The notes under the pieces were generated by a model. That model had not been told where the DNA came from. It ran no database searches and worked only from the letters and a program-made list of their open reading frames with translations. A stretch of DNA of 53,806 bases from positions 1 through 53,806 of the forward strand of contig JAUCBJ010008970.1 in NCBI GenBank assembly GCA_032718475.1, given 5' to 3'. Of the stretch, positions 25,280 to 35,700 are shown in pieces. Position numbers and translations under genes: made by a program. The stretch comes from Nemertoderma westbladi (Eukaryota > Animalia > Xenacoelomorpha). Position 1 is the first letter of the stretch. Each line of letters begins with the position of its first letter.

Positions 25280-25545
25280 AACCTATTAGGATTTCGAACT
25301 CAATGAAACGAGACATCTCAGCTAAGTTGTATAAGGAATCGTTTCAGCATAAAGTTTCTAATGACATCAACAAAGTCGTGATGAATATGAAGAACCAATG
25401 ATACAAAGGGCACAATTTAAAAACACTAATAAAAAAATATAAAGGCAAAATCTCAAATTCGGTCAGGGCAGTCACATTTGTGTTTCAAATTTCAAGCTGA
25501 ATAACGATTTTGAGAAAAATATGGAGAAAGTAAGGGGAGACTTTC
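25280..25545. repeat. Dispersed repeat, probable MITE remnant; related copies near 45135-45390 and, inverted, near 51335-51520
   Basis: Shared blocks AAAGGCAAAATCT.AAATT and TGTGTTTCAAATTTCAAGC...GATTT..AGAAAA. Confidence 0.55.
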
Positions 25546-25622
25546 GTCAATGTTCTCAATTATATTTTTTATTCGGTTATATGTAGGCCTGTCATATGGA
25601 ACTCATGGTTATTAATACCCTG

Positions 25623-26812
25623 TGTTCGCGCTTTTGAAGACCTTTAGCAGTTTAACCTGCCAAAATTTATATGTCTTTTAGTTAATTAAAACACCTTTAG
25701 CATACGACAATATTTAATGCTAATACGCAAAACATTAGCCGAAGTCAGCCCATGCGCGATCATTCACCCGATGGATCTACACCCGGGAGGCTGAATTCGG
25801 ATGCTTAAATTTTATTATTGCAGTGTAAGGTTGCAGCGTAAACTTACTGTATTATTCGATAGATCGTTAATAATTAATTCCTGACAGATATTATTGGCTT
25901 TCGGGAAATATTAACAGTTCCTTTAGGACGTGGCGCTCTATCTATTTAAACAGAACTAGGACTTATACTAAACGCAACGATACTGCTTATGATTAAAGTA
26001 TAAAGCGTATTCTTTAGGAAATACTTTGTTACCAATCACAATCATGCACACTATTCTGCCGACCGTCAGTATATTTGATCACACATAAAGAGAGCAGTAA
26101 TTGACTCATGTAGGGTCTGCTAAATAACATTAGATTCAATACACACCACATTAATATAAATCGCAATTGTTATGTATAGCCGGTCTCTCTAACCTGTAGT
26201 GTATCAAGAAAATTGGGAATTTTGGGTGATTTATCCGTATTCTCCAAAGAGCAATATTTCCATCAACAAATAGGTACAATTAATAACTGACGGTAAATAA
26301 CAGTACAAACAATATGATTAATGCAGTTAAATTAAGTGAGTTAGTGAGTTCGTTCGGTAACAGTTTATACTTTCGATAATTTAAGCAGTTTACTAGAGTT
26401 CTTCCCAAAAAGCCGGTGTTATGGCGAAAAATGGGAACATAACAACAGAATCATATAAAATCATATGACTACTACTACTATACGAGTATACCAAAAACTC
26501 TTATTCCACGAAGCCCCGTTCAACACAGAGGATGAGCATAGAGATAGGAAATTCAGTTCAGTAGCGCTGGGATAGGTCGAAATCAACGCCTACGCAAATT
26601 CTATTGGCCGACACGAACAGCAAGGCTAAGGCAACCTCTCTAAGCTAGTTGGCCGATTAAACTGAGCCCAGATATCTCCGTACAGCACATCAGCCAATAA
26701 GCTGGTAGCTTGCACTATTTTAGTTATAAATCCCTTTGAGAGTATTCTAGCGACTGGGGGGGAACTGGCCAACAAAGGCAAACGTATCAGTTATCCCACA
26801 AAAGCTTTTACA
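25623..26812 (-). repeat. 3' LTR (1190 bp)
   Basis: TGTTCGCG...GCTTTTACA on the + strand; near-identical to 43110-44319. Confidence 0.97.
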
Positions 26813-26822
26813 CCGCTCCCAG
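26813..26822 (-). other. Polypurine tract
   Basis: Sense sequence CTGGGAGCGG directly precedes the TGTA start of the 3' LTR, as expected for a short BEL-type PPT. Confidence 0.75.
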
Positions 26823-26890
26823 AAAATGGGATTTAAGTCTATAAAATATACAAAATCACAGTTTCTAAAATATAAAAATACTCTAAACAG

Positions 26891-29800
26891 TTAGTCTTTC
26901 TTGCGCGGACGGCGTTTACGCAGTTTTTTAAAGCTAGCAAGAGTCCTTTTCTCTTTGGGGCGAGCCACTTTACGAGGAGGGCTATAACTCCTGGGTGAAG
27001 GGTGCAATATGATTGCATCAGAAGGGATGGGATTGTGATCGGTATATCCGCCGGTCGAAGTACCGGGTTGATTGACATCAACGTCCGGGGAGAGGGGTCT
27101 AACGGCTTTGAGAGCTCGTTTCAAGACAGCCGCTCTTACGGGTCCTTTACGAGTGGTCTGAACGAGGGCCGTGGGTGGACCATAGGCAGTTAGAAACTTC
27201 CTTGGTTTAATGGTTCTTTCCAACTCGCGTTCGCGGGCTCTGTACTCGTAAGGCCGTCGATATACTTCTTGTAACTCGGGGTGTGAGTTGACAAATAAGT
27301 CTCCATAGGCCGGATCTTGACGGATAAAGTTTATTAAGTTATACGAATTGATGTCACTCGGATTAATGCTCCTGAGGAATTTGCGTACATATTTGGTTGA
27401 AATACATTCTCCAACGCGCTTCAATAGTTCATAACTTGATAGGCGCGATTTCTGCTCGACGGAGGCAAACAAATAAGGATGGAACGCATAAACTCCTTCG
27501 TAAGCGCGTCCAGGATAATAGCGATGGCGTGAATCACAATGTAAATCAGCGTTCGCTTCCCAAGCTCTGATATAACGTAGTACAATCATTTCATCTACGC
27601 TCTCTAAATCATGGTTAAAGGGACAATCAAAGCTGGCGTGTCCTTTTAGTTGACAATGATGGCATTGAGTCATAAATTGGGGGCAGACAGCAAAAATGTG
27701 CAAATTATTAAGCCGACAATATGCACAATAGATTTCCATCGACGGTTGCTCGTGGAAATAGGAACAGAGATCGTTGGTATCCATAGACGTAATATGGTCT
27801 CTCGATGCACACAGCCGACAACGTTGTCGTGAAACATAATTGGCATGGCGATAATCATACGCAGTAAGACACTGGGGACCTTGATACCATTCCAATATGT
27901 AGTCGCTATCGCTACTCCGAGACGTGGGGGGCTGAATCTCTTCAGATTCTAAACATATGGGTTCGTCTTCCCCTTGTATAGTTGAGGTAGGCGTGGCTGT
28001 CTCCTCAAGTGGACCTACCGTCTGAATTTCCACGACAGAATAACCGGTGGGGATCCGAGGTCTTTGGATAACCGAGGAGTGCAGGTTTATTACACAAATG
28101 TCTCTGAAAATAGCGAATCCAGCGCTATCTAACTTCTCCGCAGCCGAGTCTCTTAAGCTGAGCTTGGTCAAAGCGCGGTCTTTGAATTGGCTATCCACGT
28201 TGCGAAACGGGGTTAAAAACCGTCGGAAACATTCAAAGCGGATGAATTTATTATGTTCATCTAGCTTAGCGAGTTTGGTCCCAAGGATTAATGGATGGGC
28301 GCGTATAGTGCGACTGCACACATCGGCTAGCCAACCGGAAAGTGCGGTGTTTTCGAAGATCGTGTAGATAGCTAAGGAGGGACGGAGTGGAACACTCATG
28401 AAGCTATACACGGCGCCAGGTGCGGTCAACGGTCCGTCAAAGTATAATCGAGAATAATGGTCTCCGTATACTTGTTGATAGTTGATGGGATTTCCGACCT
28501 TGAAATTCCACCCGTATTCCTGAAAGGCAAGATGTCCGATGGAAGTTCGTTGCACCTTTGTAATGTTGCTAGACACATTAGCATACATGGTGCGAAAGAA
28601 ACCTCGGCCTTCGGCCCAAGGAGCTATCAGCTGAGTATCCACGAAAGGATAGGGGATATTCTCCATATTCCGAAAGTCGTTTTGGAGATCTCCGTAAACA
28701 GCTGAGCCGATTTTAATGATTCTTTCGTTGAATAACATCTCGAGAACGGGCTGGGGTAACATCGATCCATCGATACCCATGGCCGGCTTGCGTTCGGTGT
28801 CAATGACGTAACGCTGCGCGAGTTCGAATTGTCCATGTCGGAGATTCTTTTGCGTTTCGGTGAGAGTTTCGAAGGAATAATCGATCACGTCGGAACACGC
28901 TCGCGTAAACACGTGAGTGGAGCCAGCTAATCCGCGTATGTGTATCATGCGCGTAGTTCCTAATTCTCCGATTGGAACGCTACCTTCGTTATCGTAAGTA
29001 ACAACGCCATACATCTCAATGATATTAAGAGTTTCATTCCACTCTTTGGTGGCGTTCTCGAGGGTCATCCCTACCGGATGCCACAAGGTGGCGCATTGAT
29101 TAGCGTCAGGGAGATCACTATACTTCATATATCGAGTGGTATACGTCTCCACATTTCCATATCTTTGGATTTTCTCCTCCTCGAATAATACGTCTAGATT
29201 CCAATGGACTAATCGAGTTTTAATAAATCCATCGAGATTATAAGGAGGTTCTGTATCCTTCTCTATTCGAGAAACGTTATATGGTTTTCGAAATGAGTTT
29301 ACCTTTACTAATTGATCCAGATGTTTTTGCAATTGTTCGAGTTCGACAATGTCCAGAGGATTTATTAGTGGTAGAAACTTTAAATCATGCGTCGGATCTT
29401 CTGGTTTTACCATATAATATTGAGTCAGATTAACGTAATAAGGGTGATCTTTAATTCCATAAAAAGAGTTCTGTAAAGGTCTAGCGCGTATGTTGACATC
29501 GTGTACCATACGACGGACAAGATCCGCTCGATTGTCCGGAGGTTCAACGAGTATACCGTCAACTCGAGCGGCCTCGATTGGCGGACGCTGTAACATAGGA
29601 GCGTCAGCGATAAGATTTTGCGATCTGATGCTGATATCAACCGGTTGGGGTTGTATCTTTGCGAAAAGTTTGTCTCCGAAATGCGGAACCATCGAGGGAT
29701 GACGGACGGTTTTAGAGTAGAGATCGGTTATGAGTATCTGAGTTTCGGGTTGGGCTAAAGCGGCTTCTTCTCTCTCATCCATTTCCGTATGCCTCTCCTC

Positions 29801-31144
29801 CAGTTGATTCTCCTCCGCCTGTTTCTGCAAGCGTTCTTCCAGAAACTCCTGTAGAGAATACGTACGTCCAAGCTCGATGTCCTCTTCGAGGTTTTGGATT
29901 TCTCTATCAAACTGCGGCAAGGCTAGCTCTTTCACCGATTGGACCTGCTGCTGTAATTTACGTTTCTCTAGAAAATCCTGGGTTCCCTTTCCGATTTTCT
30001 GTCGGATGGCGTCTAGAGCGTTTCTGATGACACTCTCCTCGACTTCCGTGGCAGGTTGTATCGGAGTTAATCCTGGCCGGTTGTAAGGATTAAATGGCGA
30101 TGTTAGATGTCCGCGTCCCAATCCGGTTAAATAGGATGGTCGAATATCCAACGAACCTACCGCCGGAACACCACCGATTAACTGCTCGGGTAACACCAAA
30201 TCCTTGAACAGTGAGTATAATTCGGGAGGATCAGTGATACTGTTAGGATCAAGAGTTTGAGGTCTCACGGGGAAATGGGGAGGTCTGACCGAGTATTCCG
30301 GAACTCTGATCATGGGTTTATTTAGCGATCGTTTTAGACGGGCGATCGTAGGTGATACGTCGAACAGGTTTCGCTCGAAACTCCCGTAAGTATAACGCGT
30401 AAAACTGTGTTTAGCACAACGTCTCCGCGGATGTTTATGTCTTTCCGTTTGCTGGTTAGGTCTAGGACATGAGTCACAATAATACCAAAGACGTACGTCC
30501 TGCAGAGGAAACGCGGGTGATCGTTCTCCAGTTTTGCAATACTCTTCCATTTGTTCAAAGCTGTCCGGGACAACAGGCAGTGGACGATCTGCGGTAAGAT
30601 ACATCATGGTGAAATAGAGTCGTTTGAGTTCTACCATGGGATCGTGATGTATACCTTGAGGATATCGAGTCTCTAGGTTCTGTTGACTGGCAATATTGAG
30701 ATAGGTTTCCCGCAAAAATTCCAAGTAGTCGTTGAAGTTGATGCGCTTATCGGGTTCTTCAACGTTTTCTCTGTCGAGTAGGTTGCGAATAGAGTTCTCG
30801 TGTTCTATTCTCGGTTTATCGTTACGATTCCGCTGGGCATGATATTTAAATAAAACCATTTCCCTTTCGGTGTCTACATCATCAGTATCATGTAAATCGG
30901 TAGGATGGCCGGTAGTTAAGAAGTCCATATACGTACCATTACGATTCGTATAGCGAGTGGTGAATTTTCTATAGTCCGCTTCACGCGTAAGTTGTTCCTG
31001 GGACATCGGCGGTTCGATATAACGACCATCGTCCTCCGTAATAGTCGGATCGGCTTCACCGCGTATCAAGCTATCCACAAACGCTTGTAAAGGTAGAGTA
31101 TATCGCTCTCTAATACCAAGGTCATCTTCTATCAATTCCGTCAT
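26891..31144 (-). CDS. Retrotransposon accessory ORF2 (1417 aa): putative DEDDy 3'-5' exonuclease plus CCHC zinc knuckles
   Basis: Exo I-like VTYD718NE720G; Exo II-like LPQPVLEMLFNERIIKIGSAVYGD819L followed by FVDTQ and SIGHLA; Exo III-like PLRPSLAIY927TIFE931. Knuckles CAYC-x5-H-x4-C (from aa 1140) and CHHC-x4-H-x4-C (from aa 1161); basic NLS-like C-terminus; no obvious signal peptide or TM anchor. The ORF itself is certain; the exonuclease call is by eye. Confidence 0.75.
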   Translation of the reverse strand: MTELIEDDLGIRERYTLPLQAFVDSLIRGEADPTITEDDGRYIEPPMSQEQLTREADYRKFTTRYTNRNGTYMDFLTTGHPTDLHDTDDVDTEREMVLFKYHAQRNRNDKPRIEHENSIRNLLDRENVEEPDKRINFNDYLEFLRETYLNIASQQNLETRYPQGIHHDPMVELKRLYFTMMYLTADRPLPVVPDSFEQMEEYCKTGERSPAFPLQDVRLWYYCDSCPRPNQQTERHKHPRRRCAKHSFTRYTYGSFERNLFDVSPTIARLKRSLNKPMIRVPEYSVRPPHFPVRPQTLDPNSITDPPELYSLFKDLVLPEQLIGGVPAVGSLDIRPSYLTGLGRGHLTSPFNPYNRPGLTPIQPATEVEESVIRNALDAIRQKIGKGTQDFLEKRKLQQQVQSVKELALPQFDREIQNLEEDIELGRTYSLQEFLEERLQKQAEENQLEERHTEMDEREEAALAQPETQILITDLYSKTVRHPSMVPHFGDKLFAKIQPQPVDISIRSQNLIADAPMLQRPPIEAARVDGILVEPPDNRADLVRRMVHDVNIRARPLQNSFYGIKDHPYYVNLTQYYMVKPEDPTHDLKFLPLINPLDIVELEQLQKHLDQLVKVNSFRKPYNVSRIEKDTEPPYNLDGFIKTRLVHWNLDVLFEEEKIQRYGNVETYTTRYMKYSDLPDANQCATLWHPVGMTLENATKEWNETLNIIEMYGVVTYDNEGSVPIGELGTTRMIHIRGLAGSTHVFTRACSDVIDYSFETLTETQKNLRHGQFELAQRYVIDTERKPAMGIDGSMLPQPVLEMLFNERIIKIGSAVYGDLQNDFRNMENIPYPFVDTQLIAPWAEGRGFFRTMYANVSSNITKVQRTSIGHLAFQEYGWNFKVGNPINYQQVYGDHYSRLYFDGPLTAPGAVYSFMSVPLRPSLAIYTIFENTALSGWLADVCSRTIRAHPLILGTKLAKLDEHNKFIRFECFRRFLTPFRNVDSQFKDRALTKLSLRDSAAEKLDSAGFAIFRDICVINLHSSVIQRPRIPTGYSVVEIQTVGPLEETATPTSTIQGEDEPICLESEEIQPPTSRSSDSDYILEWYQGPQCLTAYDYRHANYVSRQRCRLCASRDHITSMDTNDLCSYFHEQPSMEIYCAYCRLNNLHIFAVCPQFMTQCHHCQLKGHASFDCPFNHDLESVDEMIVLRYIRAWEANADLHCDSRHRYYPGRAYEGVYAFHPYLFASVEQKSRLSSYELLKRVGECISTKYVRKFLRSINPSDINSYNLINFIRQDPAYGDLFVNSHPELQEVYRRPYEYRARERELERTIKPRKFLTAYGPPTALVQTTRKGPVRAAVLKRALKAVRPLSPDVDVNQPGTSTGGYTDHNPIPSDAIILHPSPRSYSPPRKVARPKEKRTLASFKKLRKRRPRKKD

Positions 31145-31187
31145 ATCTGCTATCTGAGTTTATTAATATCAATATGAGTTAATATTT

Positions 31188-31331
31188 TAGGCAAGCGGGC
31201 GTCGCTGCCTACTAGGCTTTTGCCCCCGGACAGTGGGTTTCTCAGCGCCGATGTACCGCTGTCGCAGTGTTTACGCCAACATGTAGCAACAGCACGACAA
31301 CGATAACCGGCACAAGTCCCACCACTGTCCG
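31188..31331 (-). other. Predicted structured RNA element immediately upstream of ORF2
   Basis: 105-nt irregular hairpin (31227-31331) with stems completed by G-U pairs on the sense strand, followed by hairpin TAGGCAGCG...CGCTTGCCTA (31188-31211). Confidence 0.65.
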
Positions 31332-31959
31332 TCCCAAAGGCTTGAATCCACTTGAGGTTATCTCGGTAGAGTTAGGGCTACTTTACAATTGCGATTAGCT
31401 ACTGTAAACACACTTTAGTAGTAACATTCACCTACAAACGCACAAATTCCATACAATCATTAATTACTGCACACATGCATGCCATTTGTCCGTTAGTCAG
31501 TGTCTTCCAGAATGTCACGTTCTTACTATGTATCCTTGGATACTAATAGTGCGCTATGTACTCTTATGCTACGCAATGGGGCAAGCTTTTTATTGTTCCT
31601 TTAACTTGCTTCTAATTCTAGCGTGGGTGTTGCCATGGTGACATTATGGAAAACTAGCGGTAGAATTAGGGCAATTCTCATGTATACAGATCTGGGATGT
31701 TATTTAATAGTAATTCTTTAATTGTCAATATTCTCTTTATGCCTGATTTTATAAATTTTATCGGCTATTGACTATATATTGGAGATTCTCGCACTCTAAT
31801 ACACTCAATATGAATCTCCGCTCCCATGATCTATTAATTACTGGAATTTTGGGAATGTTATAAATTGCACAAAATGACAATTTATGAAATTCATTCGAAT
31901 ATGAATTTAAATTTATTCCCGTGAATTTTATTATTTGATGTTAAAATTGACACAATTTG

Positions 31960-32245
31960 ATTCCAGAGCAGGTCTGGGGACATAGGATCCTTAATTCTAT
32001 GAAATTTGTCTTTTAAGAGTATCGGTAAGTGCTACGATATCTTAATCGACTAGAATTGTTAACGGATCTGAATTTTACAGATTTTAATAAATATTAAATT
32101 AATATTTAGGATGGGCACCGATTTATTCCAGAACTTGTCTGGGGACGTTAACCACTGATTCTAGAATTTGTCTTTCAAGTATATCGGTGGGTGCCACGAT
32201 ATCTTAATCGACTAGAATTACAGATGGTCAAAAGTTTAACAGATT
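31960..32245 (-). repeat. Direct repeat (about 166-bp period) of a hairpin module in the pol-ORF2 spacer
   Basis: Both copies share TTCCAGA...GTCTGGGGAC...AATTTGTCTTT...TATCGGT..GTGC.ACGATATCTTAATCGACTAGAATT. Confidence 0.85.
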
Positions 32246-32764
32246 TATTTGCGATTTACGCTACTGTTAGAGGGACATCACGCTACTATATGTGTTATTT
32301 GTTATAAGGTAGAAGAGCAATATCGAACGAAGCAATGTCAGTGTGAAGAGGCAAGTCGTTTCCAAGGTCTACCCAGAGCTTGGTTTAGCCGAGACACGAG
32401 GATCTGAACTTTGCATTCCTAATACTCTGCCTACCAATAATACTTAAATATAGTAGTGGCTTTATTGTACTTTTAAGAAGTACTGACATGTCATCTTACT
32501 GTAGTCTCGCATTTATAATATAATACGGACAGTAAGGAAAGAGAAAAATAATTATTTCTTGCCGTCGCACTAAATATATTATAAGTAATTAAATACGTAA
32601 TAAACACTAATATATTACACTAATTTACTAAATATTCTAAAAATAACCTTTTACTAAATAAAATTAAATAAAAACGATTATAATAACGTACATAATAACA
32701 TTTGCATATAAAAATGTAATAAAAACAGATAAAATAACATAGACATACACCCACTCCAGACGTA

Positions 32765-35700
32765 CTACGTTGAAGAGCCCCTAGATGTTTGAGGTATTAG
32801 GGAGGTGGTCGTGGGAAGAGTGTCTTGTCTTCCATAGTTTCCGGAGAGTTCCCTGTCTCTTTCCAGCAAACATAAACGACCAACTGGGCGATTGAGTTGT
32901 TGCGTCTCAAAGATTATCCCGGGTTTCTTGAAGTTACGCCGCATTACGACGAGTTCTACTGAGCGCACTAGACCATCCTCCGAGATGTGCGTCTCGATGA
33001 TACGACCGATCTGCCACCGTCTACGTGGGAGGTCCGGATCTACAATAAGGACCATGTCTCCGGCGCTGACATTTTCCTGCTGCGCAAACCACTTAGTTCG
33101 AAGTTGTAGCGTGGGCAGATAATGTTTCTCAAAATGGTCAGCGAAACGACGGGATAGCAACTGCATAAGCTGCCAAGTTCGACGACAGTATTCATCTCCA
33201 TCGGCAATCTCGGATTGTGGGAGCATGGCTACAGGTTTCTTAAGTAGGAAGTGCGCGGGTGTTAGCGCTTCCAGGGAGTCGATACTCGATGAGACTGGCA
33301 TAAGCGGTCTCTCGTTAAGATAGGCAGCGATTTCTTCCATTAACGTCCGTAGAAGTTCGTCGGTGAGATATGCGCGGCACGGCACTATAAAGTGAAATGC
33401 GGTCTTGACACTTCGAATTAATCTCTCCCAACTTCCTCCCCACCAAGGGGCGTCGGCGGCGTTAAAGGTCCAGCTAGACGCCGTTATCCGTAGCTGGTCA
33501 TCCACCTGTCTTTGATTCCAGTCCTTTACGTAAGCCTGAATTTCGTTGTTGGCACCAATGAAGTTCGTTCCCTTATCGGATCTCATCGTATTGCTAGTGC
33601 CGAAACGAGCGATCTGTCGTCGTAGACATAAGACGAAGCTGTTAGTAGATAGATCGTTCACCATATCGAGATGGATAGCTCTACAAGTCATGCAGACAAA
33701 GATTACGCACCATCTCTTGATTATAGTTCTAGCACGATATACTTCAATAGGGCCAAATAAATCCACACCAGTATTAGTAAAGGGTGGTTCATAAAAGCTT
33801 ACTCGTTCCCTAGGTAATTCTGCCTCTCGCTGTGTTAAAGGCCTACTGAATACTTTCCTACAAGGTATGCAGTTCCTAAGAACTTGATTCAGAGCTCTAC
33901 GTGGTTTATGAAAATAATAGCGGGTTCGAATCTCGCTAAGAACTCGTTCTCTACCAGCATGATACAATTTACTGTGAACGTCTACAATCATCTTGATTTG
34001 TACTTCAAGATTACTAATGAGTATAGGGAATTTAGTATCAAAGGACAATGGGGCGTTCGTAAGCCTTCCTCCAACACGTATTAACCCATCTATCATTGTG
34101 CTAGAGAAGCGATCCCTTAAGCGCATCTGCGGATTTCTTAATAGCAGAAAATACCTATCGGAATCCTCATAGCATTGCAATAGTCTCAGTAGCTGCTTAT
34201 TAGTTTCTTCATGCTCCTGGTAGCTGATCTTCTCCTTTAGAAACCGGTCTGATATCTTGTACTTAGGTAGATCTTTAATAACATGAACTTGCGCAGATGT
34301 TACCGGAGCAGGATCACTAGTGGTCTTCTTCCTGGAGTAATGATGGTGAAAACATCTCTTTAAGTATGTGATAGCTTTACAGAGACGATTCCAGGAACTG
34401 TAATGATGCAGTGCTCTCTGCAGCAGGGGTGAGATTCCTTGCGAGACGTCTGGTATCTCAGATTTCCAATCTCTATCTCTAATTTCCACAACAGATTTGT
34501 TTGTGGCGAGGGATTGTGGATCCGAAGTATCGTTCTCGGCAGTATGTAATACAGATAGGTCGATTGTCGGTTTAAATAACTTCGATTTACTTGTCCGAAT
34601 TTTGGGTTTGACTTTCTCCGCTCCCTTGGCTTGTCTAATCTCAGCCGTAGTAAGGTGAGGAGGCCATTCATCCTCTTCCTTGCTCAAGAAGTCGGGTCCA
34701 CCCAACCAATCAGGGGTATCTATCAGTTCCTGTGGAGTTGCTCCTCTGGAGGCGATGTCAGCTGGGTTAATCGTACCAGGGCAATGTCTCCATTGATCTA
34801 TCGTTGTGCGACTAAGAATAATGGCCACTCTGTTAGTAACAAAGATGCTGAACTGACAGACTTCATTCGTTATATATTCCAATACAAGTAAAGCGTCGGT
34901 CCAATAAACAATTTTCTCCAGTGGATAATCGATCTGTTCTGTTACATTCCGGCCGATAGCTGTAGCATATAATGCTGCTTTTAACTCCGCCCGAGGAACC
35001 TTAAGCTTGTTGTTAATCAATGCCTTAGAGGTAACCAAGGCAACTTTGATTCCATCCGGAGTTTCGACTCGCAGATATGCTACTATACCGATCCCCATAT
35101 CGCTGGCATCTCCAAATACATGGAGTTGATAGGAATACGTAGGGAGAACATGACCAAAATATGAACGGGAAATTATAAAGTTCTCGATGGCAGGTAGCGA
35201 ATCCTCCCATTTCATCCATTTCTTTAATAGTTCTCCCTTGAGTGGATCGTCCCACGAGTGGTTTTCCAGCCACATTTGTTGTACTAAACTCCGAGCAATC
35301 AATATAACTGGGCTAATAAATCCCAAGGGATCGAAATAAGTGCTCAGAATACTTAAACAAATCCGTTTGGTCCGAACTGGATTATCTCGCTGTTTTAACT
35401 GAAAAAACAGGATATCTCTTTCTGTGTCCCACTTCAAGCCAAGCGTCTTGGTTTCCGGAAGATCATCATGTATTAAGTCGAGATCTTTTGACCCCCGGTC
35501 TTCTACAGATATTGCTTCCAGAAACTCACGGCAGTTGCTGGTGAACTTCGTCAATCGAAATCCACCTCTTTTCAAACACTCAACCGTTCCTTTCGCGACA
35601 TCAATGGCTTCCTTTACTGATGGAAGGGACTTTAAGTTGTCGTCCATGTATATGTCTCGTTTGATGTTATCTATCACCTCTTTGGAGAAGGCATCCCGGT

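Noticed and set aside
26891-31144. ORF2 interpreted as an env glycoprotein
   Set aside because: No signal peptide, TM anchor or Cys-rich ectodomain pattern; it has nuclease-like acidic motifs, zinc knuckles and a basic tail instead.
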